Shown here: positions 31,252 to 42,769 of the stretch, one piece after another
Numbering within the stretch: the first letter of the stretch is position 1
Layout: the number at the start of each line of letters is the position of its first letter
Assembly: GCA_963821525.1 (NCBI GenBank)
Contig: CAWGED010000003.1
Location: forward strand, 90,522 to 154,521
Length of the DNA stretch: 64,000 nt
DNA from: an uncultured Gemmatimonadales bacterium
Lineage (GTDB): Bacteria; Gemmatimonadota; Gemmatimonadetes; Gemmatimonadales; GWC2-71-9
Reading direction: 5' to 3'
Translations under genes and position numbers: made by a program
The notes under the pieces: generated by a model
What the model was told of the DNA's origin: nothing
The model's input: the letters and a program-made list of their open reading frames with translations, nothing else
The model's database searches: none

Positions 31252-32423
31252 TCAGTGCTTCTCCACCCGATAGATCCGCCCCGACGCCATCACCCATACA
31301 GCTCCCCTCGAGCGTCCTCGCCAAAGGATACGGTGTTATCAGCTAAGCCATTCACCAGTGGGATCGGAATTTCAGGCAGCAACTCCTGGGGATACTCTCC
31401 ATCCAGCTGAAGCTGCGGATCCCCGGAGCAGAAAGTCCCCATAGAAGTAGGTGCCCTGTGAACTCAGGGGAAGTCCTGGCCCGATGCACATACCCGCGCC
31501 GTCACCGGCAGGCGAGTCCGTGCGGATACTCGAACACCGGTTCCACCAAGCCGAGGGTGAAACAATTGGTACTCGGCTGGAAACAGTTCTTCCCCTCCTC
31601 GATCGGCCAGCCGAAGTTGTTCCGCCCACGACGGGTGCCGGGACATGATCAACCTCCTCCCACAGTCCTCTCCTGACATCGCCGATGTAGAGGTCTCCGT
31701 TGGCGCGGTCGAAGCTCCAGCGCCACGGATTGCGGAAGCCGAGCTGCCAGATCTCCCCCCGCCATCCGGGTCTGCCGACGTAGGGATTATCCGGCGGAAC
31801 CACATAGGGTGCCGCACCATCAACGTCGAGGCGGAGAATCTTCCAGTAGCGATGTGCTGTCCTGCGCATGACTGGCCGGACCGCCATCACGTCCCCGTCG
31901 CCCAGACTGATGTAGAGCTTGCCATCCTGTCCGAACGCGATCATCCCGCCGTAGAGCACGGCGGTGGCCGATTGAACCTGCCCAGGATCACCTTGCGGCT
32001 CGCCGGGTCGGCAGTGTCGAAATCGGAATTCGCCTGATATTCCACGACCCGGGTATTGGCGCCGTTGTCTACGTAGTAAACGAAGAGTCGCCGGTTCTGG
32101 GCATACTGCGGGTGAAAGGCCAGAGTGTATACCCCATACTCGTGTCCTTGCCCGGTGAGACTGGTAAGGTCGAGGAACGGGTTGGGCTGGCGGACGCCGT
32201 CCTTGAGCAGCCAGATCTTCCCACCCCGCTCGATCACTATCGTGCGGTGGGTGTCGCCCGGCGGAGCGGTCAGGTAGACCGAGAAGTCATACCCGCTGTC
32301 CACGGCGGCGAGTACTAGACCCGAGCCGGGCTCCGAGGGGGACGAGGACGAATCGCTACAGGCCGTGGCGGCGACGACCCCCAGGGTCGCAAACCAGGCC
32401 AGCCGGGTCGGATACGTCTGCAT
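31252..32423 (-). CDS. PQQ-dependent sugar dehydrogenase (GSDH) lipoprotein; multiple frameshifts
   Basis: Lipobox AATAC, LAFHPQY, GGMIAFGQDGKLYISLGDG, KILRLDVD, GFRNPWRWSFD, SFGEDARGELY. Confidence 0.85.
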
Positions 32424-32469
32424 GGCTGAAAGATAGATCAGACCGGGCCAATCGTTATATTTGCTGCCC

Positions 32470-33686
32470 ATGGATCCCTCACTCTATTTCTCCGAGCAAC
32501 ACCACCAGGTTCGCGAGATGGTCCGGGAGTTCTCCCGGAAGGAAGTGGCGCCCGTCGCCCGCGATCTGGATCGCACCGCCGAATTCCCCTGGTCCAACAT
32601 CAAGCAGATGGGCGAGCTTGGCCTGCTCGGCGTGCCCTGGAGCGAGGAGCTGGGCGGGGCAGGGATGGACCAGCTTTGCTATTACATCACGATCCACGAA
32701 ATGGCAAAGGTGGACGCGAGTCACGCGCTCACCATCAGCGCTCACACCAACCTCGGCACCTCACCGATCGTCGAGTTCGGCACCGACGAGCAGAAGAAAC
32801 GCTACGTCCCGCTGCTCGCATCGGGGAAGGTGATGGGAGGATTTGGACTGACCGAAGCCGGCGCTGGTAGCGATGCAGGGGGAACGGCGACCACCGCCGT
32901 CGCCAAGGGTGACCACTACGTCATCAACGGCGCCAAGGTCTTCATCACTCACGCAGGTGTGGGCGAGATCTTCGTCGCTACCGCGCGCACCGAGCCCGGC
33001 AAAGGAAACCGCGGCATCACCAGCTTCATCGTCACGAAGGACACGGTTGACATCGACAAGTGCCGCCAGGTCGGCGTCGGCCACGCGGAGGATCTGCCGA
33101 AGATTGCCGGAGTGAGGGCGGGAAGAAGGAAGACAAGATGGGCTGGCGCGCCAGCGACACCCGCGAGCTGATCTTCGAGGATGCCAAGGTTCCCAAGGAA
33201 AACATGCTCGGCAAGTCAGGCGAGGGATTCGTGAATTTCCTGAAGACGCTCGACGCCGGCCGGATCGGCATCGCCGCGCTCTCGCTCGGCATCGCCGAAG
33301 GCGCCTATGAAGCGGCGCTCAACTACGCGGGCGTCCGCAAACAATTCGGAAAGCCGATCGGCTCCTTCCAGGGCGTCCACTTCCAGCTGGCCGACATGGC
33401 GCTCGAGATCGAGGCCGGCACCCATCTGCTCTACCACGCCGCCTGGCTCAAGCAGAACGGGAAGCCGTTCAAGAAGGAAGCGGCGATGGCCAAGCTGTAC
33501 TGCTCGGAGCTGGCGATGCGCGTCACCACGAAAGCCGTCCAGATCTTCGGTGGATACGGTTATACCACCGATTATCCGGTCGAGCGCATGATGCGGGACG
33601 CGAAAGTCTGCGAAATCGGGGAGGGAACCAGCGAGATCCAGCGTATCGTGATCGCCCGCCAAATCCTGGGGGACGTGGTTCAATAG
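32470..33686 (+). CDS. Acyl-CoA dehydrogenase (short/branched chain), frameshift ~33120
   Basis: [55 protein letters not shown]. Confidence 0.93.
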
Positions 33687-33705
33687 CCGTAACCGACCCG
33701 AAATA

Positions 33706-33734
33706 TTGCTCTAAACTCATTCGATCCATATATT
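33706..33734 (+). promoter_or_regulatory. Sigma70-type promoter positioned for a leaderless transcript
   Basis: TTGCTC(33706-11)-N17-TATATT(33729-34), ATG 7 nt downstream at 33741. Confidence 0.7.
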
Positions 33735-33740
33735 TAGCCC

Positions 33741-33913
33741 ATGTCTCCGGCATACATGGGCTCTTGGCTTCTCGGCTGGACGGCCGCCTGGTTGTGGCGC
33801 GCCGGCTGGTGGGGAGTCGGCTCCGTTGCCCGGGCGGAACTCCTTCCGCCTGCTCAGTTTCGCAGTATCGGGTCATGTAGTTCCCGCCGGGGTCCCCCCC
33901 GGCGTTCGCGTAG
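33741..33913 (+). CDS. Putative leaderless Trp-rich leader peptide with RGPP motif upstream of rne/rng
   Basis: MSPAYMGSWLLGWTAAWLWRAGWWGVGSVARAELL...SSRRGPP; one extra C in the C7 run gives RGPPPAFA* (TAG 33911-13). Confidence 0.45.
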
Positions 33914-34047
33914 TGCCGTCTCTTCTCCTTTGGCTGGCCCAGCGCTGTCCGCGGCCGGCCGAATCCCCATTTCGATGACCAGTGCGGCCCCACCCGGGAG
34001 TTTTAGCGATCCTGGGCTTTGGTGGAACGCGGTCGAGGTTCCCACGC

Positions 34048-35761
34048 GTGAAGCGCGAGATTCTCATCAACGGAAGCCAGCGGGAAACCCGCGTGGCAAT
34101 TCTCGAGGACGATCGTTTAGTCGAACTGCTGGTGGACCGGGCCGACCACCGGCGTACCGTTGGAGACATTTACAAGGGTCGGGTTGAAGCAGTTCTGCCC
34201 GGGATCCAGGCGGCCTTCGTTGACATAGGCCTGGAAAAAAGCGCCTTCCTGCACGCCTCCGATCTCCTCGAACCCGACGAGGACGAGGAGGATTCCGACG
34301 AAAACGAAGACGCCTTCGACACCCCCGATCCGGGGCTCGCAATCGAACAACCGGAGGAGGCTGTCGCGGCCGAGGATACCGGCGGGAACGGCGGAAGCGC
34401 AGGGAATGGCGGGAACGGCCGCCGTCGCCGCGAGCGTCGTGGTCGCCGGGCCGGAGATCCCAACAGTGGCTCCGCCTCCGAGCCGCGCCAGCGCGAAGTG
34501 CACCCTCGCCGTCCCCTCCCCAACATCCAGGATGTTCTAAAGAAGGGCCAAACCCTCCTTGTGCAGGTCACCAAGGAACCGATCAGCACCAAGGGCTGCC
34601 GGGTCACGGCGCAGATCTCCCTGCCGGGTCGCTTCCTGGTCTACATGCCGTACGCCTCCAAGGTCGGGGTCAGCCGGAAGATCGAGAGCCGCGAGCTACG
34701 CGGCCGCCTGCGGGAGATGGTGAGCGGTCTTGTGCCCAAGGATTCCGGCGGCATGATCGTCCGCACCGTCGCCGAGGGGGTGACGGAAGAGCATTTCAAG
34801 CGCGAGGTGGATTCGCTCCTGCACGCGTGGAAGAAGATCAACCGGAAGGAGACCTTCGTCCGCGCCCCCGCACTCGTTCAGCGGGAGACCAGCCTCACCC
34901 GCGGCATCATCCGCGATCTCTTCAGCGCCAAGGTTGACGCGCTGCACGTGGATTCGAAGGAGCTGTACAACGAGGTAGAGCAGTACCTGAAGCAGATCGA
35001 TCCGGAGCTGATGTCCCGGGTGACGATGTACAACGACTCGACCTCGCTCTTCGACAAGTTTGACGTCGAGAACGAAATCCGGGATCTGTTCAAGGCCCGC
35101 TGCGATCTCCCGACCGGCGGCTACATCATCATCCAGCCCACCGAAGCGCTGGTCTCGATCGACGTCAACACCGGTCGCTACACCGGCAAGAAGGATCCCG
35201 AGAAGACCATCCTCAAGACCAACCTCGAGTCGGCACGCGAGATCGCGCGGCAGATCCGGCTCCGGGACATCGGCGGGATCATCGTCTGCGACTTCATCGA
35301 CATGGAGAGCCGGCAGAACCGGGACCGGGTGCTCCAGGAGCTCCGATCCCACCTGGGTCGAGATCGGGCCCGGACCAAGGCGTTCGCCGTGTCGGAGCTG
35401 GGTCTGGTCGAGATGACCCGCCAGCGGGTGCGCCCATCGCTCTGGCATTCGATGACCACCGAATGCCCCAGCCTGCGCCGGGACCGGACGGGTATTCACG
35501 CCGGAAGCGGTGGCCCGCCGGCTGGAGCGGTCCCTCAAGCGGGCAGGGAGGGAGCGCCGGGAGCGGCAGATCGCGGTCCGGCTGCACCCGGAGGTAGCGC
35601 TTTATCTCCTGGAAGAGGAGCCCAAGCTGATTCACACCCTGGGCAAGGCCACGGGGCTGGAGCTGGAGGTGCGGGACGACCCGATGATGCGGCTGGACGA
35701 GTTCCGGCTCATGAGCCGGCCGGCCGGGCGGGACGTGACGGAGCTTTACGCGGTCGCCTAG
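34048..35761 (+). CDS. Rne/Rng family ribonuclease (RNase E/G), frameshift ~35475
   Basis: GDIYKGRVEAVLPGIQAAFVDIG, VQVTKEPISTKG, SIDVNTG, IRLRDIGGIIVCDFIDM, GLVEMTRQR. Confidence 0.95.
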
Positions 35762-35800
35762 AGGAGACCTTGGCAGGGGTTCGGTTCGGCGTGTTCGACT

Positions 35801-35860
35801 CGTCCGCCCGTCCGCCGGTCCGGTCAGTACGTCCGCCGGTCCGTTGTCCGCCCCGTCCGC
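35801..35860. repeat. Degenerate octamer array (CGTCCGCC)n
   Basis: cgtccgcccgtccgccggtccggtcagtacgtccgccggtccgttgtccgccccgtccgc. Confidence 0.6.
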
Positions 35861-35867
35861 TTGCCCC

Positions 35868-35896
35868 TTGCTAGAACCCCATCCGCCAATTAGAGT
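35868..35896 (+). promoter_or_regulatory. Sigma70-type promoter for rplU-rpmA
   Basis: TTGCTA-N17-TAGAGT. Confidence 0.55.
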
Positions 35897-35939
35897 TACG
35901 GGCTCTTTTCCACCCGTTTTCGACTACGAGTCGGTACCC

Positions 35940-36254
35940 ATGTACGTAATTTTCCGTGCGCTCGGCAAACAGTTCCGGGCAGAAAAAGGCCAGACGGTCC
36001 GTCTGCCGCTGATGGATGCGGAGCCGGGCAGCAAGGTCACCTTCGATGAGGTGCTGCTTTCATCGGATGGGGAGACCATCAACGCCGGCACCCCGCTGGT
36101 AAAGGGTGCGAAGGTCGTGGCCGAAGTCGTCGGGATGGGCAAGGAGCCCAAGATCTACGTCTGGCGCTTCAAGCGCCGGAAGAACGTGCGCCGGAAGACC
36201 GGCCACCGTCAGAAGTTCACCGAAGTGCGGATCACCGACGTGAAGGTCGGCTGA
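35940..36254 (+). CDS. rplU: 50S ribosomal protein L21
   Basis: [17 protein letters not shown]...[18 protein letters not shown]. Confidence 0.97.
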   Translation: MYVIFRALGKQFRAEKGQTVRLPLMDAEPGSKVTFDEVLLSSDGETINAGTPLVKGAKVVAEVVGMGKEPKIYVWRFKRRKNVRRKTGHRQKFTEVRITDVKVG

Positions 36255-36261
36255 GGGCGAT

Positions 36262-36531
36262 ATGGCACACAAGAAAGGCGTAGGCTCGAGCCGCAACGGC
36301 CGCACCAGCAATCCGAAGTACCTCGGCGTGAAGCGCTACGGTGGGGAGCAGGTCACCGCGGGCAACATCCTGGTGAAGCAGCGCGGTACCAAGTTCCACC
36401 CCGGCAAGAATGTCGGCCGCGGCAATGACGACACCCTGTTCGCCCTGGTGAACGGCACCGTCAAGTTCGAGCACAAGGACAAGAAGCGGATGCAGGTTTC
36501 CGTCTATCCCGCGGTGGCTTCCGCGAGCTGA
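36262..36531 (+). CDS. rpmA: 50S ribosomal protein L27
   Basis: [14 protein letters not shown]...[19 protein letters not shown]. Confidence 0.98.
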   Translation: MAHKKGVGSSRNGRTSNPKYLGVKRYGGEQVTAGNILVKQRGTKFHPGKNVGRGNDDTLFALVNGTVKFEHKDKKRMQVSVYPAVASAS

Positions 36532-36574
36532 TTCGCTCCGTCCTGAAACATCTCGCCAAAATCACCGTTAGATT

Positions 36575-36606
36575 CCCCCTGTAGGGTCAACCACAGGGGG
36601 ATTTTC
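36575..36606 (+). terminator. Hairpin after rpmA that overlaps the RBS of the next ORF
   Basis: CCCCCTGT-agggtcaacc-ACAGGGGG followed by attttc. Confidence 0.4.
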
Positions 36607-36939
36607 ATGTCCGGTATTCTCGACAAACTGAACAAGGAACTCGAGCAGTTCGGCCGGCGGGCTCAGGCCGCGCTCGATGAAGGGAAACTGCAGCTGGAGC
36701 GGATGCGCCTGCGCCGGGAGCAGGACGAGGCGGCCCGCCAGCTGGGGATGCTGCACTATCGGAAGACTCGGGGGCAGGAAGTCGATCCCCTGGAGCTCGA
36801 CGCCTACCTGGTCAAGCTCGACAATCTGGCCACCGCGCTGGCGCGGGTTGACCAGGACATCGCCGCGACCAAGCGGGAGGAAAGTCCCGAGAGCGAATCG
36901 GCGGAGACTCCAGCCGAGCCCGCGGCACGGTCAGACTGA
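36607..36939 (+). CDS. Hypothetical coiled-coil protein
   Basis: Intact 110-aa helical ORF with typical codon usage. Confidence 0.7.
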   Translation: MSGILDKLNKELEQFGRRAQAALDEGKLQLERMRLRREQDEAARQLGMLHYRKTRGQEVDPLELDAYLVKLDNLATALARVDQDIAATKREESPESESAETPAEPAARSD

Positions 36940-36990
36940 AGGACTGGCTGGAGACGAATGCAACCTGTCGTCCGGCTGCCAGCGCAGCCG

Positions 36991-37527
36991 TTACAGCGAG
37001 CGTGACATGACCCGATCGCGCTGGCGATCGGTCCCCACCATGAACGAGTGCTCTCCCACGTCCACGAACCCACACTTCCGGTAGAACGCCTGGGCCCGGG
37101 CGTTTCGTTCCCACACGCCGAGCCAAAGAGTTCTGGCTCCTCTGCGGATTGCTTCTTCGTCCACCGCCGCCATCAACCGTCGCGCCAACCCCTGGCCCTG
37201 CCAGGGGGAGTCCACGTAGAAGCGATACAACTCGATCGGCGCTTGGCCGGTGACGCATGATGGTGCGGGGCCGGTTCGGACCTGCGCGTACCCGGCCAGA
37301 CTTTTTCCCTCCTCCGCGAGCAGCGTCGTCCACGCAGGATCCCGGAGCTCGGCGCCCTGCTGGGCCGGCCCATAGGCCTTGGCGAGATAGAGTGCCAGGT
37401 CTTCTGGGGTGTTCTCCGCTCCGAACGGCTCGCTGAAGGTGCGCGCGGCGAAGCGGGCCAGCTCCTCGGCGTCACTCACCTCCGCCTTCCGGATGAGAAA
37501 GCGGCCCGTCGGCTCTGCGGTCTGCAT
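36991..37527 (-). CDS. GNAT acetyltransferase (PaiA-like)
   Basis: ELYRFYVDSPWQGQGLA, LWLGVWERNARAQAFYRKCGF. Confidence 0.9.
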   Translation of the reverse strand: MQTAEPTGRFLIRKAEVSDAEELARFAARTFSEPFGAENTPEDLALYLAKAYGPAQQGAELRDPAWTTLLAEEGKSLAGYAQVRTGPAPSCVTGQAPIELYRFYVDSPWQGQGLARRLMAAVDEEAIRRGARTLWLGVWERNARAQAFYRKCGFVDVGEHSFMVGTDRQRDRVMSRSL

Positions 37528-37528
37528 C

Positions 37529-37906
37529 TCAATCACCCGTGGGAACGATGCCGGCTCCCTCGACCATGAGGATCACGGTGCGTTCCGGTGCCCTGGGCCG
37601 GTGCCGGACACCCTTGGTCACGACAAACGCCTTCCCCGGGGTCAGCTCGACGCTCTTGTCTTCCATGTCGATGATGAACCGGCCCTCGACCACGTAGAAG
37701 AATTCATCGAGGTCGTCGTGCTTGTGCCAGTGATACTCGCCCTTCACCACGCCGAGCCGTACGACCGACTCATTGACCTGGCAGAGGGTCTGGTTGAACC
37801 AGGGATGGGTAACCTCAGACACCAGCTTCGGGACATCAATCACCGCGAGCTGCGGGAAGAGGATGTTGAGACGAGTGTCGTATGGGTGGGTTGTTTGCTC
37901 GGACAT
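37529..37906 (-). CDS. Cupin domain protein
   Basis: GEYHWHKHDDLDEFFYVVEG, GVRHRP. Confidence 0.88.
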   Translation of the reverse strand: MSEQTTHPYDTRLNILFPQLAVIDVPKLVSEVTHPWFNQTLCQVNESVVRLGVVKGEYHWHKHDDLDEFFYVVEGRFIIDMEDKSVELTPGKAFVVTKGVRHRPRAPERTVILMVEGAGIVPTGD

Positions 37907-37983
37907 GATTGGGGCCCTCGGGGCTAGGTCGTCTGCCGGACCTCTCAACATAGTGAGGGCATGCCCGGACCGGGCAAGAAGGG

Positions 37984-38654
37984 TCAGCCCTGGCTGGCCG
38001 TGCGGTGGTGACCGGTCGTCCGGCGTCGCCGCATCTCCGCATCGAAGGTCTTGGAGTGATAGCAGAGCCGGACCCAGAGGATCCACAGGGCGAGGTTGAT
38101 GGCGAGGCCCAGCCACGGCTGATAGAACGCGACCGCGGTTGCGACCAGGTACACTGCGGGGCCCACGGCGTAGGAGCCGCGGATCCGTGAAATCTCCTCC
38201 GGAGTGACCTCCTCCTTGAACAGGTTGCCTCGATGGATGGTGTAGAACAGGAGACTCCAGGAGAGGCTGTTGGGAACGAAGGTGGCGCAGTAGAACGCCA
38301 CCGCCGCACCCGCGTCGGGTGTCGCGAGATGCTCGGCCAGGACCGCGGTGGGGAAGGGAACGAAGGTGACGGTGAGCAGCAGCAACCCATTGGCGAAGAA
38401 GAACGGATAGTCCACCGCCTCGACCATCCGGATCAGCTCGTGATGGTTGACCCACATGACCAGATCACGAAGAAGCTGAGCAGGAACGCGAGGTAGGAGG
38501 GCCAGAGACCGACGAGGGCGGTCCAGATGTGTTCCTCCGGGCCCGCGTGCGGAACCTTGATCTCGAGGATCAGCAGGGTGATCGCGATGGCGAAGACGCC
38601 GTCGCTGAAGGCCTCGACCCGGGTGGTGCCTTCTTTCATCGGCTTCTCCTGCAT
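37984..38654 (-). CDS. TMEM175 (DUF1211) family K+ channel, frameshift ~38460
   Basis: RVEAFSDGVFAIAITLLILEI signature; SYLAFLLSF, WVNHH, FVPFPT. Confidence 0.88.
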
Positions 38655-38879
38655 GGCGTCAGCAGCCACCTGCGTTCACCAGCCGCTATCACTCAGAGCG
38701 TTCGGCGCGTTCCCCGAGACAGCTAGCGTACCAGAACCTGCCAGAACCATACCGCACTGTGGTAAAGCCCGACAAGAAGAAGGGTTCCGATCAGCAGCGC
38801 GCCAAGCGGGACGAGGAACCTTGCGGCGCCATGACTCCTGAGCCGTTGACGCTCAGCTCTTCCAGTGCGTCGGACCGAG

Positions 38880-39259
38880 TCACCTCGCCACGGCGATGGC
38901 TTCGATCGAGAACTTAAGTCCCCGTGGCAGGGCGACAACCGGCGTTGAACGGACTGGTGGCGAAGCGGGAAAGAATCGGCAAAGAGCTCGTTGAGGCTCG
39001 CGAACGCCTCGGCTTCCGTCACGAAACAGGTCACTTTCACGACCTGATCCATGCTGCTTCCTGCATCCTCCAGAAGGATGCGGAGATTGGTGAACGCCTG
39101 CCGGGCCTGGGCGAGGAAGCTGTCGCCGGCCGCCTTGCCGGTCGCGGGGTCGATGCCCGCCTGGCCGGCTGTGAAGATGAGGTCTCCGACTCGGACGGCC
39201 TGCGAGTAGGGGCCGAGGCGCGGGATACGGGGAGTATCGATGACGGTCTTGGTGGGCAT
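38880..39259 (-). CDS. RidA/YjgF family protein, frameshift ~38970
   Basis: GPYSQAVRVGDLIFTAGQ, VVKVTCF, PVRSTPVVALPRGLKFSIEAIA. Confidence 0.88.
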
Positions 39260-39299
39260 TGGGTTCGAAGCCTGATGAAGGGGCAGTTCCGACGGCAAC

Positions 39300-41030
39300 A
39301 CGGCTGAGAAGCTGAACACTGCATCCGCTCGGACGGCCTGCTCCAGTCTTTACCACTACGCCGTGGCAATGTCTCCGGCTTCAAAAAAGAAGAGGTAGCC
39401 TCGAACTATCGAAATCGTCGTGTCGCCTTGCATCACTCCGAGGCGTTCACTGTTGCTTTGAACTGCGATGGAGCAGACTACTTCGGCGCGAAATGGCAGT
39501 CGAGAGGTTACCGACACACGGTCGCCTGACGAGACAGACCTCGCTCCGGGAGAGAAACGCTTGGGCTGAGGCGATGACGCTGGGGTAGGGCGGCGTAGCG
39601 GCACTGGAGTCGGTAACATAGGAGACCAGGCGGCGCGCAGATCTGTGATGAGGCCCACGTCTCGACGAAGACTTCAGATCGACCGCTGCGGGTTTCGGAA
39701 CGCCGTCTCAACCGCCTTCAAGATCGATTCGGGCGCAACCTTCGCGCTCAAGGTCGAGGTCTCCCCTAGAGTCTGCCAGGGTCCGGGCCCAGTGACGCCC
39801 GAGAAGCTCCGAGCACTCCCCGTCACCACAGGGTCAGCGAGAGGCTTGCCAGTACCGGTGCGAGGAGCCTCCTACGATCACTCATGGTCCCGACCCTCCC
39901 GAACACTGAAGGGTGGTCCGATCGGCCTAAACGACTTCACGGCAGCGTCAGTGTACCGTTCAGGCGATCTATTCTGGCGCGTCTCTAGTCGAAGATCTCA
40001 CACCTTGGGGCATACACATTTGCTCCACAGCCAGCGCAGGGGGCATTCAGAGGCACGGGCGGCAGGCCGATTGGCTCAGACTCATAGTTACGTTGCTCCG
40101 CCCAGATACCATCCTCCCCATCCTCGGTGACCGCCGTTGCTGTCCAGTGCCAGGCCGAAACGGTTGCATCGATGACATAGGCGTCGCAGGAGACCACATG
40201 AGGTACGAGGGTCGTCGACTCGGGTATCGAGGCCGGGCACCGTGCCCCGTTCGTGAATCAGAAGGAGGTGATAGTCCACCGCCTCGGGAACTGGCGTCCA
40301 GGTGAAGGCAGACCTGGAAGCTCAGTAGCCATGGTGGCGAGAACGCGCATCCGGTGGCCGGGTGTGTTCTCCCTGATCAGCTCCGTCGTCACCGGAGTCG
40401 AAGGCTCGGGGCGGCCGATGGTAGGACTGGGGGAGCCCACGGAGACCGCAGGCGAGAATAGAAATCGGGCGAGAGGGAGCAGCGCGAGCTTCGGGGGAAA
40501 CCGTCAGATCTGACCTCGCTACCTTGATGTGGCGCTCAAGGGACGCGCTCACAGGCCTAGAAGGCAACCAATCGGAGTGCGGGATCAGATGACCCAAACG
40601 CGACCGGACTCCGGCTCGCGGCTATCCTGACCTCCATTGAGACGACAGCGACCGTCAGGTGCAGACGCTGGGTCGGGGACGGTTCATGCCTCCTGGAATG
40701 CCCATGGGCTCCGATGGACGCCAGCTCTCCAGCCAGCTCTTCCAGTGTGCGAAGATCCTAAGTCGGGTCATAGTCGGGGACGTCCTTTGGTGCCAGTGTG
40801 TCCAGCACGACGAACTCGACCCGTCGGGGCCGAGGGTATCCGAGTCCGCCTGAAGTGCCTGATTCGGGTCAGCGTTGAGTCGAGCTGTGCGCGCTGTCGG
40901 TTTAAGAGCGCATAAGGTCACGGCCGGCCAGGACGAGGGTCTGCCGTTCGCCGTGTTCCGAACGGCTCCGACGGCCAATGGACCGTGGCCGTTTCCTCTG
41001 TCTCCCTAGAATTCGGGCCTTGCGATCAGG
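39300..41030 (-). pseudogene. Decayed, fragmented sequence, probably cassette-gene remnants
   Basis: Only short stop-interrupted ORFs, lower GC than the flanks; no family recognised. Confidence 0.35.
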
Positions 41031-41066
41031 GATCGCCATGGCTCCATGCCCAGTGGGAAGGCGGCC

Positions 41067-41092
41067 GCCTAACGGCAGAGGGCTTGTTAGCC
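41067..41092 (-). mobile_element. Collapsed attC site (R'' and R' retained, core deleted)
   Basis: Minus strand GGCTAAC-AAGCCCTCTGCC-GTTAGGC; the TAA in R'' is the corrected stop of the kinase gene. Confidence 0.6.
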
Positions 41093-42640
41093 GGCGCTCC
41101 ACTCCGCCAGGTAATTGTCCTAACGCCGTCAGGTCAACCGGCTTAACAAGGTGTGCGTCGAAGCCAGCTTCTTCGGAGCGGCGGCGGTCTTCCTCCTGAC
41201 CCCACCCGGTCAGAGCCACCAACTTCAAACCCTTCTGGTGCTGTTCTCGAATGCGGCGAGCCGCTTCGTAGCCGTTGAGTCGTGGCATGCCGATGTCGAG
41301 CAAGATGACATCAGCTCGAAACGTCACCGCCCTCTCAACCGCCTCGAGTCCGTCGTGGGCGGTGTCCACTGTGTGGCCCAGCAGTTTCAACAGCATGGCG
41401 AGGCTGTTTGCCGAGTCGCGGTTGTCGTCCACGACCAGAATGCGACGGGGAACCGTTGCCACCGGTTTGACGCCGGAGGGCTGTCGCGGCGGTGCCGGCG
41501 ACCGGCCGCGCAGCAGAGGCAGGCGCACAACGAATTCACTTCCTTGACCGGGGCCCGCGCTGCGAGCTTCGACCGTCCCGTTGTGCATTTCCACCAGTTT
41601 CTTGACCAGGGTCAGACCGAGGCCCAACCCGTCGCGCGCGCGCTCCAGCGAAGTATCGACCTGCGCGAAGAGTTCGAAGATTCGGCCAAGCTGGTCCGCG
41701 GCAAGGCCGATGCCTGTATCTCGGACCCGGACCACCGCCTGGTCGCCTTCTTCCTCGACCGTTAGCCAAATGCGACCGCCCTTATCGGTGAACTTGCAGG
41801 CATTGTTCAGCAGGTTGCCGACAACCTGCGCCAGCCGAACCGGGTCCCCGGCGACGTAAAGAGGTTTGGGCGGAAGCGTGACGGTGATTTCATGACCGAG
41901 GCTCTCGCAGAGCGGCCGGATCGTTTCGACGGCATGGTTCACGACCGGGGCGAGCTCGGTTCGCTCCTTGCGGAGTTCGATCTTGCCCCGACTGATGCGG
42001 CTGACGTCGAGCAGGTCGTCAACCTGGCGTACCATGTGCTCCACCTGCCGGTCCAGGATTTCGGCAGCCGATCGGACGGTCTGCTGCGTCACCGTCTTTC
42101 TGCAGCAGGATTTGGACGGCGTTGCGGATCGCGGCCAGCGGGTTGCGGAGTTCGTGGGCCAGCATCGCCAGGAATTCGTCCTTACGTCGGTCGGCCTCGC
42201 GCAGCGCTTGTTCGGCGCGGGTGCGCTGCGTCACATCGGCAAAGAGCACCGCGACGTGCCGCTCCGGCCAGCCGTTTGCCCGAAAGGCGTAGACATCGAA
42301 GTATCGGTGCAATCCGCTGTATTCACCGGAGAATCGAATGCCCTCGCCGGTGAGCGCCACCTTGCCGTAGTTTTGCAGCCAATGCGATTCGATGGTAGGA
42401 ACGAACTCCAGCATGCGCTTTCCGACCACGTCGTGCATTCCCGCCTGGCGCTCGAAGCTGCTGTTCACTTCAATGAAGCGGTAATCGACGGGTTGCTGCT
42501 GAGCGTCGAAGAGGACTTCGATGATGCAGTAGCCCTCATCCATGGCGTCGAAGAGGGTGCGGTAGCGCTCCTCTCGATCGCGCAGAGCTTCCTCGGCACG
42601 CTTGACCGCTATGATCGAGGGTGACGGATGTCGAGTTCAT
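41087..42640 (-). CDS. PAS-HisKA-HATPase-REC hybrid histidine kinase, frameshifted, probably 5'-truncated
   Basis: [56 protein letters not shown]. Confidence 0.88.
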
Positions 42641-42740
42641 GCGTAGTCCGAGGGCAGGTCGCGAGGCGGCCCGCATTATCGGACATTCTACAGCGAACCA
42701 GATCCCGAGCTCGGCAAGACACTCGGACCTCGCTCGGACG

Positions 42741-42769
42741 CGCTTGACGGCTGCATGCGCCGGTTAGGC
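42741..42769 (-). mobile_element. Left half (R''-L'') of an attC site; right half missing
   Basis: Minus strand GCCTAAC-CGGCGC-ATGCAGCCG, parallel to the intact attC at 46157. Confidence 0.7.

Noticed and set aside
38723..38880. Short hydrophobic ORF tail (FLVPLGALLIGTLLLVGLYHSAVWFWQVLVR)
   Set aside because: No clear start or RBS; it could be a small membrane peptide but this is unsupported.
39581..39600. gggtagggcggc as the degenerate R'' end of cassette 4
   Set aside because: The AAC core is not conserved and no L box or stem follows, so it is too weak to call.
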